NCBI GenBank assembly: GCA_033344915.1 | Contig: JAWPML010000001.1 | Span: 3,550,263-3,614,262 of the forward strand | DNA from: Acidimicrobiales bacterium | GTDB taxonomy: Bacteria; Actinomycetota; Acidimicrobiia; Acidimicrobiales; Aldehydirespiratoraceae | Direction: 5' to 3' | Length of the DNA stretch: 64,000 bases | Part shown: positions 28,643 to 37,063 of the stretch, one piece after another | How positions within the stretch are numbered: the first letter of the stretch is position 1 | Layout of the letters: the number at the start of each line of letters is the position of its first letter | Made by a program: the position numbers and the translations under genes | Notes under the pieces: model-generated | What the model was told of the DNA's origin: nothing | The model's database searches: none | Seen by the model: the letters and a program-made list of their open reading frames with translations, nothing else

Positions 28643-28660
28643 CTAATGGCTCGGTAACAG
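28643..28660. promoter_or_regulatory. Second heptamer pair TAATGGC-N4-TAACAGA (11-bp period)
   Basis: Same orientation and flanks (gcTAA.GG..cggTAAC.G) as the site 95 bp upstream. It lies 74 bp before the ATG at 28734. Confidence 0.35.
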
Positions 28661-28733
28661 AACCGAATCGGCCCTGTTCTTCCTCACCGGGACGGTGAAG
28701 AGTTGGGGCATCTCACATGGAGGGACCAACGGA

Positions 28734-30791
28734 ATGAGCGGGCAAAGACTCACAATTCGCTTCGAGGGGCAGGACCACGTGTTCGAGCCGGCCTCGTCGC
28801 CGGTGCGGATCGGGCGGGACGAGGACGCCGATGTCGTCGTCGAGCGGCAGGGCGTCTCACGACACCACGCCCAGCTCGACTACGACGGCGAGAGCTGGCA
28901 GCTGCGTGACGTCGACAGCACGCAGGGCACCTTCGTGGAAGGCGAACGGGTCACCACCCGGCCCGTCGGCGACTCGCTGTCCGTGACCCTCGCCCGGGGC
29001 GAACACGCGGTTCGGCTCGAGATCTCGACCAGCCCGATCGTCGACGAGCTCGACCGCACCGTGGCCGCGTCCCCGGACGCCACGGCTGTCGTCGGTGACG
29101 GCGGGGCGGTGCGACCGGGCGGCGTTCTGGCCGCCGGCGCGGCCGAGGGTGCCACCCAGGTGACGGGCGAGACCGTGGTCGTCGAGTGCGCCGGCCAGTC
29201 CTACACCTTCTCGCCGGGTCGCAAGTACGTCATCGGCCGCGACTCGAGTGTCGACGTCCAGAGCCAGAACCCCAACGTCTCGCGGCGTCATGCCGTGCTC
29301 GAGTACGAGAACGGGTGGAAGCTCGCCGACCTCGACAGTTCCGGGGGCACCTTCCTCGACGGACGCCGCACGAAGGAGACGCCCATCAGCGGCACCATGG
29401 CGTTCGTGCTCGGCGATGCCGACGCGGGTGAGCGCGTGGTCGTGAAGGCCAGCGGCGTGCGTCAGATCACCCTGGCCCAGCGGTTCAGCCGCCTCGGCGG
29501 CGGCGGCAAGGTCGGCCTGCTGGCCGGCGGTCTCGCCGCCCTGGCCATCATCATCGGTGCCGTGGCATTCCTCGCGACCCGAGGCGACGACGATCCCGAC
29601 TTCGACGCGCTCACCCGCGGGGTGGTGGCGATCAGCGTGCAGTCCGACTCCGGCGTCGGTGGCACTGGCTCGGGCACGATCATCGACAAGGAACGCGGCC
29701 TCGTCCTGACCAATGCGCACGTCGCGGGGTGGGGCGACGGCCAGGGTCTCGCCCTGTGGTACGGAATCAACGACACGTGGTTCGAGGACATCGAGGACAT
29801 CACGATCAGTGTGTCGAGTGGTCTCGACCGCAGTGCCGAGCCCCGGTTCAAGGCCGAGCTCGTCGCGGTCGACGGCTATCTCGACCTGGCGCTGCTGCAA
29901 CTGACCGAGACCCTGAGCGGCAAGATCGTGGAGGCGGTCGATCTCGCCGAGCTGACCGAGGTTCCCCTCGGTACCGTCGAGGGTCTGTCCACCGGCGACG
30001 ATGTCTTCGCCATGGGGTTCCCGGGCGTCGCTGCGAACAGCGCGGTGACCCTCACCGACGGTTCCATCAGTGCGTTCGTCGTCGATGAACGGCTCGAGGA
30101 CAACCGGGGTTGGATCCAGATGGATCTCGAGATCCGGGGTGGCAACTCCGGTGGTCTGCTCACGGACGGCAGCGGCAAGCTCATCGGTGTGCCCAGCCGT
30201 TCCACCATGGAGAGCGTGCTCGAGCTGCGGCCCCAGGAGAGCGGCATCTTCCTCTCCCGGGCGGCCGACTACGCCCAGCCGATGGTCGACGCGTTCGTCG
30301 CCGGGGAGACCTACGTCAGCCCGTACGTCACCCTGCTCGACGGCTCCGAGGACGTCACCGGCGTCTTCTTCGGCGAACTGGTGGAGGCCGAACCTGGCTT
30401 CACGTTCGAGTGCTCGGACAACTTCGCGAGCACGGCCCCCGTCGGAGCGCAGGCCCTGGCGGTGCAGGTCGACTACTTCAACTTCGTCGCCGGTGCCCAT
30501 CAGGACCTGGCGATCATCGTCAAGCGATTGCCGATCTCGGCCGCCGTGCAGCAGGCGTATCAGGATGCCGGCGTCGCCCTTCCCGACCGGCCCAACGAAG
30601 AGGGCTTCGCCGGGGCGGTGCAGACACCGTGGGAAACCATCGTGCCCAGGATCGACGACTGTTTCACGGCGGCTGTCCCGCTGCAGGAGCCACTCCTGCA
30701 ACTCGTCGACTATGTGATCGAGGTCCGTGCGGGAGGCAACTTCAAGCTCATGGAGAGCGTCACCTTCCAACCGGTCCTTCCCCCGGGCTGA
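28734..30791 (+). CDS. Dual-FHA, single-pass membrane, trypsin-like (S1) serine protease
   Basis: FHA1 (VRIGRDEDADVVVERQGVSRHHAQL...STQGTFV); FHA2 (YVIGRDSSVDVQSQNPNVSRRHAVL...SSGGTFLDG); TM (VGLLAGGLAALAIIIGAVAFLAT). Protease triad contexts are LTNAHV, LDLALLQL and GNSGGLL. RBS ggaggg lies before the ATG at 28734. Confidence 0.8.
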   Translation: MSGQRLTIRFEGQDHVFEPASSPVRIGRDEDADVVVERQGVSRHHAQLDYDGESWQLRDVDSTQGTFVEGERVTTRPVGDSLSVTLARGEHAVRLEISTSPIVDELDRTVAASPDATAVVGDGGAVRPGGVLAAGAAEGATQVTGETVVVECAGQSYTFSPGRKYVIGRDSSVDVQSQNPNVSRRHAVLEYENGWKLADLDSSGGTFLDGRRTKETPISGTMAFVLGDADAGERVVVKASGVRQITLAQRFSRLGGGGKVGLLAGGLAALAIIIGAVAFLATRGDDDPDFDALTRGVVAISVQSDSGVGGTGSGTIIDKERGLVLTNAHVAGWGDGQGLALWYGINDTWFEDIEDITISVSSGLDRSAEPRFKAELVAVDGYLDLALLQLTETLSGKIVEAVDLAELTEVPLGTVEGLSTGDDVFAMGFPGVAANSAVTLTDGSISAFVVDERLEDNRGWIQMDLEIRGGNSGGLLTDGSGKLIGVPSRSTMESVLELRPQESGIFLSRAADYAQPMVDAFVAGETYVSPYVTLLDGSEDVTGVFFGELVEAEPGFTFECSDNFASTAPVGAQALAVQVDYFNFVAGAHQDLAIIVKRLPISAAVQQAYQDAGVALPDRPNEEGFAGAVQTPWETIVPRIDDCFTAAVPLQEPLLQLVDYVIEVRAGGNFKLMESVTFQPVLPPG

Positions 30792-30797
30792 ATCGTC

Positions 30798-32084
30798 ATG
30801 GCGGGTGACGAGCACGCCACAGACGCGGCACCGCCGCCGCCCCCTCCCGGGGGCGCGGCGGGGGGCTCCGCGCCGGGCGCGGCGCCGAACTGGAAGAAGA
30901 AGCTGGAGGGCGTCAACAAGGTCGCCGGCGTGAAGTGGAAGGCGGCCAAGGAGAAGGCGCTCGACACCGAGTCGGGGAAGAAGGCGAAGGCCTGGTCGGC
31001 GGCCGGCGCCGAGAAGATGGATGCCCGGATCGAGAAGCTCAGCGGGACCAGTGGTGGCAAGAAGATCGCCGATGGGGCGCGCAAGGTGGGCTCGGTTGCC
31101 GCGAAGTTGCCGCTGATCACCGCGATGGGCGACTCCGTGAAGATGTCCAACGGCGTGGATCTCCTCACCGCCGCGGTCAAGGAGGACCCCAAGCGTCCGG
31201 AACCGAAGATCCATCTCGTGCTCGCCCTCCAGCGGGTCGAGCGCGACATGGCCCAGGTGCGGACCGCCAAGGCGATCTACAAGCCGCAGACCCTCGTCAC
31301 CCGCACGCTGTTGCAGAAGTCGGCGGCGATGGGCGTGGAGGACGACATGGCGATGACGGAGAAGCTCCTCCGCGCCGCCTTTAAGCAGGCCCTGGCGATC
31401 AAGGAGCAGGCGCCGGCCGATGCGGTGAACCTCCACAGCCTCGCCCGGGTCTACCTGCTCCAGTCCGTGCCGGAGACGGCTCGTCAGCTGGCTCGGCTGT
31501 CGCTCTCCGCCGGCCATCCGCATCCGGGCGACGTCTACGTCACGCTGGCCAACGTCGAGAGCCTCGTCGAGAACACCGAGTCCGTGGCCGAGTACGCCGA
31601 GCTGGCCGTGAAGCACGGCTCCACCCTCGGTTACAGCGTGCTGGCCGAGCTCGCCATGACCGGGCCGGGTACGGCGTCCGAGCAGGCGAAGCAGTACGCC
31701 GAATGGGCCTCGCGCGTCGATCCGGCCGACGAGGAGCGCTATTACGGCGTGCGTCTCGATCCGGATCGACTCGACACGCTCCGGCGCCTGGCCAAGGCCC
31801 AGAAGGGCAAAGCGGTGGACCTGAAAGAGTCCTTCAGCGATCGTGCAGCGACTCTGAAGGAGCAGTCGGCAGATTCGTCCCATGACGAACCGGCCAGTGA
31901 TGACTCCCCACCATCCCACCCGCCGGCGGATTGGTACACGGACCCGTACGGGCGCCATGACCACCGCTACTGGGACGGGACGGCGTGGACCGATCACGTG
32001 GCCACGGCGGGACAACAATCCGTTGACCCGATCGACGGTTCGTCCGACCCCAATCAGCTACGAAGCGAAGGACGAGTGACATGA
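30798..32084 (+). CDS. Hypothetical soluble helical protein with a C-terminal DUF2510-like W-rich motif
   Basis: P/G/K-rich N-terminus, helical middle, and C-terminal WYTDPYGRHDHRYWDGTAWTDHV. It starts 7 nt after the protease stop and has an ATGA overlap with the next gene. Confidence 0.6.
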   Translation: MAGDEHATDAAPPPPPPGGAAGGSAPGAAPNWKKKLEGVNKVAGVKWKAAKEKALDTESGKKAKAWSAAGAEKMDARIEKLSGTSGGKKIADGARKVGSVAAKLPLITAMGDSVKMSNGVDLLTAAVKEDPKRPEPKIHLVLALQRVERDMAQVRTAKAIYKPQTLVTRTLLQKSAAMGVEDDMAMTEKLLRAAFKQALAIKEQAPADAVNLHSLARVYLLQSVPETARQLARLSLSAGHPHPGDVYVTLANVESLVENTESVAEYAELAVKHGSTLGYSVLAELAMTGPGTASEQAKQYAEWASRVDPADEERYYGVRLDPDRLDTLRRLAKAQKGKAVDLKESFSDRAATLKEQSADSSHDEPASDDSPPSHPPADWYTDPYGRHDHRYWDGTAWTDHVATAGQQSVDPIDGSSDPNQLRSEGRVT

Positions 32085-32677
32085 GCATGTTCGATCTGGA
32101 CGGAGACGGTTTCCTCGACGGTCTCGACATCGACGACATCGACGGTGAGGCCCTCGAGGGCGGCATCGACATCGACGGCGACGGCATTGCCGACGCGGTC
32201 GACACCACGGGCGACGGCGTCATCGATTCCGTCGATTTCGACGGTGACGGCATGACGGATGCGGTGGACTCCACCGGCGACGGCGCGATCGATTCGATCG
32301 ACTCCACGGGTGACGGCGACTTCGACGTCCTCGACAGCAATCACGACGGCACGATGGACTCGGCCGACTCGACCGGCGACGGCTACGTGAACGCCGTCGA
32401 CTCCGACGGCGACGGCATCATCGACGACGGCACCATCAACGCCGACGGCAGCTTCACCTCCGCCGACCTGGACGGTGACGGCTGGGCCCAGGAGACCGAT
32501 CTCGACGGCGACGGCACCATCGACTCGATGGACACCGACTTCAACGTCGACGGCTTCGGCGAGGTGACGCCGGCGGAGGATCCCTACGCCGTGACCACCG
32601 AGGTCGACTCACTCGACATGAGTGACCCCTTCGACAGCACCGACTCGGGCCTCGACAGCGGCACCGACACCTACTGA
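32081..32677 (+). CDS. Highly acidic DxDGDG/DxTGDG repeat protein (Ca-binding-loop-like repeats)
   Basis: About 12 degenerate 11-residue units (DIDGDGIADAV, DTTGDGVIDSV, DFDGDGMTDAV, DSTGDGAIDSI...). No signal peptide or TM. Confidence 0.7.
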   Translation: MSMFDLDGDGFLDGLDIDDIDGEALEGGIDIDGDGIADAVDTTGDGVIDSVDFDGDGMTDAVDSTGDGAIDSIDSTGDGDFDVLDSNHDGTMDSADSTGDGYVNAVDSDGDGIIDDGTINADGSFTSADLDGDGWAQETDLDGDGTIDSMDTDFNVDGFGEVTPAEDPYAVTTEVDSLDMSDPFDSTDSGLDSGTDTY

Positions 32678-32705
32678 CAGGCACGAGAGGAACGAGGAGA
32701 GAACG

Positions 32706-33287
32706 ATGAGTGATTTCGGTTTGGACGACATGGACATGGGCGACATCGACGTGGATCTCGATGTCGACCTGGACGGCGACGGCATCATGGACAGCGCCGA
32801 CATCGACGGTGACGGCGTGCTCGACGTGAGCGACGTCGACGGCGATGGCGCGGTCGATCTGGTCGACCTCGACGGTGACGGCGTCGGTGACGTCGGTGAC
32901 CTCGACGGCGACGGCCAGGTGGACATCGCCGACCTCGACGGTGACGGCGTCATGGACGTGGCCGACATGGACGGTGACGGTGTGATCGACGCGGTCGACA
33001 CCGACGGCGACGGCATCATGGATGCCGCCGACCAGGACGGCGACGGCTACATCGATGCGGTCGACGTCGACGGAGACGGCGTGATGGACACCTTCGACCT
33101 CGACGGTGACGGTGAGGTCGACGGGTTCGACACGGATGGCGACGGTGTCGCCGATGTGGCCGACCTCGACGGTGACGGCGTCCTCGAACAGGTGGATATC
33201 GGTGAGGACGGTGAGGTCCTCGAGGCCGACCCGACGCTCATCGAGCGCGTGGTGGACGCCCTCCACCTCGAGAACCCCTTCAACTGA
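32706..33287 (+). CDS. Highly acidic protein made of 14 consecutive DxDGDGxxDxx units
   Basis: MSDFGLDDMDMGDIDVDLDV, then DLDGDGIMDSA DIDGDGVLDVS ... DLDGDGVLEQV DIGEDGEVLEA. RBS gaggaga lies before the ATG at 32706. The track ORF start at 32622 is rejected. Confidence 0.7.
   Translation: MSDFGLDDMDMGDIDVDLDVDLDGDGIMDSADIDGDGVLDVSDVDGDGAVDLVDLDGDGVGDVGDLDGDGQVDIADLDGDGVMDVADMDGDGVIDAVDTDGDGIMDAADQDGDGYIDAVDVDGDGVMDTFDLDGDGEVDGFDTDGDGVADVADLDGDGVLEQVDIGEDGEVLEADPTLIERVVDALHLENPFN
32766..33227 (+). repeat. 33-bp in-frame tandem repeat array (14 units) encoding the DxDGDG units
   Basis: The exact 33-bp periodicity is visible in DNA and protein. It generates spurious repeat-ORFs on the minus strand. 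Confidence 0.9.
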
Positions 33288-33289
33288 TC

Positions 33290-34993
33290 ATGCAACCCGA
33301 GGAACGACGAGTAGCGGTCGACGCAGCGCTCACCCAGGTGGTGAACGACTTCGGCCGACGCATCAGTGACGACCCGGTTCGACTGCGCAACCTGCTGGTC
33401 GACGCGACGGGCGCCAACGCCATGTCGCTACGTGACGAGATCGACGCGGTGGTCACCGCGGCGGAGACCGAGTTGCCCGCAACCGTGCTCCAGGGCGACG
33501 ACACCGCCCGTCTCGCCGCGGCGGACCGGCTGACCGAGCGGTTGGGTGAGGAGCACAGCGATCTCGCCCCCTGGGTCACCGAGACGTGGGCGACCGCGCT
33601 CGCCGGCACCTCGCAACGACCGGGCGCCACGCTGGCCGCCGGGAGTGCAGCTCCCGACGGCGATGCGACCGCCGTGGCCGACGACGCAACGGCCGTCGCC
33701 GGCGACGCGACCGTGGCCGCGCCCGACGGCGCGACGGTGCTGCCCGACGGGGCGACCGTGCTGCCCGACGGCGCGACCGTTCTCGCACCGGGTGACGCTG
33801 ACGAGGCACCCGCCGAGGTGGACCGCCGCCCGCTCCTGATCGGCGTGGCCGCACTCATCGTCGTCGTGCTCGTCGCGTTCTTCGCGACGCGCGGCGACGA
33901 CGATCCCCGTCTCGACACGCTGGACCCAGGAACGACGACCCTGCCAACCGGGGGCGACGACGCCGGCGACGACGCGACCGACGGTGCGGACGATGACGGC
34001 AGCGACGACACCGGCTCGATCCCGACCGGCCTCACCGGCTCGACCGACATCGAGGTCGCCGACGGCGTGGCGGGCACCCGCACCCTCCAGGTGGGAGACA
34101 ACGCCACGACCACCGTGCTCGAGTTCACCAACGACACGACGGAACGGTTCCGCGGGCACTGGATCGAAGTGGTCCCGGCCGATCTCGAGGCCGCTGGCTT
34201 CGACGCCGGCCCCGACGCGGCGCTGATCGACGACACGGCCTTCGGCGTCGCCCTCGATCTCCAGCCGGGCGAGACCGCCTCGTACTCCTACACCACGGGC
34301 TGGACCACCGATGACGTCGACGAGTTCGACGAGGCGTTCGACGAGTTCGAGCGGGCGTCGGAGACCTGGTTCGAGGAGAACCCCGATCCGCGGTCGCCGG
34401 CGCTGCGACCGGACTTCGATTCGGGCGAGACCACCCGCAACTCGTCGTTCGCGGTCACGGGCAGCACCGAGCCGTGGAACACGGTCACGGTCAACGGCAC
34501 CACGATCGACGTGGATGTCGACGGCGAGTTCGCGACCGAGATCACCCTCCGACCGGGGGAGAACCTGATCGAGCTCCGGGCCGTCAGTCCGATCGGCGCC
34601 ACCGCGATCCGGAACCGGACGATCACCTACGACAACACGACGACCACGACCACCACGACCACGACGACCACGACGTCGACCGTGGCGCCCAACCAGGCTC
34701 CGGTCAACAGCTGCGGCAACGACTACTTCTCGCTGCCCTACGACACGTCGTACTGGTTCAGTCACCCGTTCAGCTGCTACTCCGATCCCGACGGTGACAC
34801 GGTGAACGTCTACGCCGACACCGGTGTCGCCTCGCCCGGGAACTGTGGAACGGACAACGCCTGCTGGAACTACTACCCGCCGGCCGACTGGGACGGGACT
34901 CCCTACGAGGTGACGATCGCCATCTGGGGCCAGGACCCGGACGGGCTCACGACCGCCGCTTCCTACGTCACCCTGTGCCTGAATTGCGCCTGA
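33290..34993 (+). CDS. Hypothetical bitopic membrane protein (cytoplasmic helical N-domain, TM, D/T-rich linker, Cys-containing extracytoplasmic domain)
   Basis: TM (LLIGVAALIVVVLVAFFAT); 3 x PDGATVL (21-bp repeats at 33722..33784); a 14-residue Thr run; C-terminal Cys-rich region (CGNDY...CYSDPDGD...CGTDNAC...CLNC). Confidence 0.6.
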   Translation: MQPEERRVAVDAALTQVVNDFGRRISDDPVRLRNLLVDATGANAMSLRDEIDAVVTAAETELPATVLQGDDTARLAAADRLTERLGEEHSDLAPWVTETWATALAGTSQRPGATLAAGSAAPDGDATAVADDATAVAGDATVAAPDGATVLPDGATVLPDGATVLAPGDADEAPAEVDRRPLLIGVAALIVVVLVAFFATRGDDDPRLDTLDPGTTTLPTGGDDAGDDATDGADDDGSDDTGSIPTGLTGSTDIEVADGVAGTRTLQVGDNATTTVLEFTNDTTERFRGHWIEVVPADLEAAGFDAGPDAALIDDTAFGVALDLQPGETASYSYTTGWTTDDVDEFDEAFDEFERASETWFEENPDPRSPALRPDFDSGETTRNSSFAVTGSTEPWNTVTVNGTTIDVDVDGEFATEITLRPGENLIELRAVSPIGATAIRNRTITYDNTTTTTTTTTTTTTSTVAPNQAPVNSCGNDYFSLPYDTSYWFSHPFSCYSDPDGDTVNVYADTGVASPGNCGTDNACWNYYPPADWDGTPYEVTIAIWGQDPDGLTTAASYVTLCLNCA

Positions 34994-35016
34994 CGGGCCT
35001 CGATGCCGTGAGGAGA

Positions 35017-36327
35017 TCAGCCGTGCCGGATGACCGCAGTCGACCCACCGAGGTCGATCGTGGCATCCGGCACGAGCCCGATCGCCTGCCCGGGGGTCAC
35101 GGTGTGCTCGTCCCCGGTGGGCAGGGTGACCGTCCACTCGTGTTCGGAGAGATTGCGCAGACCCCACGCGTCGGGCCGGCTGGGATTGGTCGCCACCTCG
35201 GCCACGTCGGTGGTGAAGTCGTAGTTGTGGCGGAGGGGGTGCACCGAGATCCGGGTGTCGTCGTTGAGGACGACACGGTGACGGTCGATCTCCAGCCGCA
35301 GCGGCGCGCCGAGCTCCCGCTTGCAGTTCCAGCAGATCTGGTCGGGCCGATCGGGGTCGTAAAAGGACTCGGAGCGACACCAGGGGCACCGTTGCACGTT
35401 GGCCATGAGGTCGGCCATCGCCGACCGCCACACGCTCTCGCGGACCCGCTTCGACGCGTCCGGTTCGAGCCCGTCGGTGAACGCCTGGACGAAGAGCCGC
35501 TGGATCGACCCCGGGAACAGGGGCCAGTACTGGAGGACCGCGCCATGGTGTTCGCCGCTCGGCGCGTTCGAGCGGTCCTCGGGATGGAAGATGAACAAAG
35601 GATTCACGCCGAACATCTGGCGCTCCGCGTTCTCGTCCCAACACCGGAAGTCGAGCTCGCGCCGGCCGAGCAGTGGATGACCGACCATCAGCACGTAGAA
35701 GAGCAGCACGGCCAGCGAGTAGAGATCGGTGGTGGTGCTCGGCAGCGCCTCACCCCGCACGATCTCCGGCGCCATGAACCGCCGCGTGCCCAGCACGTTG
35801 GACGAACTGTCGCGCTCGACGCCGACATTGTCGTTGTCACAGATGAGTGGCGTCCCGGACTCGGGGTCGAAGAACAGGTTGCCGAAACTGATGTCGCGAT
35901 AGCAGAGGCCCTGGTTGTGCAGGGCGAGGAAGCTGCCCGTCAACTTCATGCACATCATGCAGATCGTGCGGAAGGACGCCGTGATCTTGCCGGTGAGGAG
36001 ATCGGTGAGACTCGCGAACCCGTCCGGCCGCAGCGGCATGACGTAGCCGAACGCGGCGCTGCCGTCCGTCTCGGCCATCTCGAGGGGCCAGAGGAAATGT
36101 TCGTCGGGCGCACCGCGATCCACGAGGAGCTCGATGGCGGATCGCTGGTTGCGCGTCGCCGTGTGGTCGAAGTACCACTTCAGTGCGAGCGCGGGACTGC
36201 CGTCGTCGGGGTGGACCTCGAAGACCGCGCCCTGGCCGCCCTCACCGATGAATCGGCCGACGGTTGCCGTCCGTCCGGTCGGTGTGAGCCTCACCTGCGA
36301 CTGCTCTGCAACCATCGGGAGCATCAT
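35017..36327 (-). CDS. Atypical Ser/Thr protein kinase with a C-terminal zinc ribbon and beta-rich tail
   Basis: Gly-loop IGEGGQGAVFEV; Lys in ALALKW; catalytic loop YRDISFGN; CDNDN in place of DFG; FMAPE; then CPWC...CWNC. 436 aa. Confidence 0.8.
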   Translation of the reverse strand: MMLPMVAEQSQVRLTPTGRTATVGRFIGEGGQGAVFEVHPDDGSPALALKWYFDHTATRNQRSAIELLVDRGAPDEHFLWPLEMAETDGSAAFGYVMPLRPDGFASLTDLLTGKITASFRTICMMCMKLTGSFLALHNQGLCYRDISFGNLFFDPESGTPLICDNDNVGVERDSSSNVLGTRRFMAPEIVRGEALPSTTTDLYSLAVLLFYVLMVGHPLLGRRELDFRCWDENAERQMFGVNPLFIFHPEDRSNAPSGEHHGAVLQYWPLFPGSIQRLFVQAFTDGLEPDASKRVRESVWRSAMADLMANVQRCPWCRSESFYDPDRPDQICWNCKRELGAPLRLEIDRHRVVLNDDTRISVHPLRHNYDFTTDVAEVATNPSRPDAWGLRNLSEHEWTVTLPTGDEHTVTPGQAIGLVPDATIDLGGSTAVIRHG

Positions 36328-36385
36328 GTTCGATATCGGAGGGGCCGGTCAACGCGCCCGCCCGCTCGGAAACGGAGAACCGCCC

Positions 36386-37063
36386 ATGGCTGATCGACCC
36401 GGTGCGCAGCTCGCCACCCGTCCGCTGCACTTCTTCATCCTCGCCGACTGCTCCGGTTCGATGGCGGCCGACGGCAAGATGCACGCGCTCAACAACGCAC
36501 TGCGCGAGACCGTGCCCCACCTCGTCGACATCGCCGAGGGCAACCCGCACGCCGATCTCCTGATCCGCGTGGTCCGCTTCGCGACGGGCGCGACATGGCA
36601 CGTCGAGGAGCCCACCCCGGCGGCCGAGTTCGCCTGGCCCGACATGGAGGCGGAGGGCTACACCGACCTCGGCGCCGCCCTCGACCTCGTGGCGAGTCAG
36701 CTGGAGGTGCCGCCCATGGAGGCGCGAGCACTCCCGCCGGCGATCGTGCTCATCTCCGACGGCATGCCGACGGACGACTGGGAGGACGCGCTCGAGCGGC
36801 TCCTGCTGCTGCCCTGGGGCGAGCGGTCGGTGCGGACCGCCGTCGCGATCGGTCGCGATGCGGCGCGCGACGTGCTGATGGAGTTCGTCTCCGACAAGGA
36901 GGTCGGTCCGGTGTCCGCCAACAATCCCGAGCAGCTCGTCCGGCTCATCCGCTGGGCCTCGACCCAGGTCGGCAAGGCCGCGTCACTCACCGCCAACGAG
37001 ACGACGGCCCAACGCAGCGGTCCCGTGCCCTTCGCGGAGGACGACGAGGCGGTCATCTGGTGA
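36386..37063 (+). CDS. von Willebrand factor A (vWA) domain protein, TerY-like
   Basis: MIDAS motif LADCSGSM, then ...TDLGAAL...VLISDGMPTD; 225 aa. Divergent from the kinase (58-bp gap). Confidence 0.8.
   Translation: MADRPGAQLATRPLHFFILADCSGSMAADGKMHALNNALRETVPHLVDIAEGNPHADLLIRVVRFATGATWHVEEPTPAAEFAWPDMEAEGYTDLGAALDLVASQLEVPPMEARALPPAIVLISDGMPTDDWEDALERLLLLPWGERSVRTAVAIGRDAARDVLMEFVSDKEVGPVSANNPEQLVRLIRWASTQVGKAASLTANETTAQRSGPVPFAEDDEAVIW

Noticed and set aside
28857-32018. 1053-aa minus-strand ORF, the longest in this region of the track
   Set aside because: It is antisense to four + strand genes that have clear domain signatures (FHA, S1 protease, DUF2510 tail). Its Arg/Gly/Pro/His-rich low-information composition is typical of high-GC shadow ORFs.
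32766-33227. Possible CRISPR-like array because of the regular 33-bp periodicity
   Set aside because: The units are contiguous with no unique spacers, are in-frame coding, and have no cas genes nearby.
32541-33266. Minus-strand ORFs (241 aa, 136 aa, 82 aa) across the acidic-repeat genes
   Set aside because: They are artefacts of the 33-bp periodic DNA; their translations are periodic mirror images (VxVxxVxH...). The + frame has an RBS, operon coupling and a coherent DxDGDG unit.
36328-36385. Possible SARP-type repeats (caacgcg ... aaacgga) in the kinase/vWA divergent gap
   Set aside because: The spacing is 20 bp, not a multiple of 11, and the heptamers match poorly. The evidence is not convincing.
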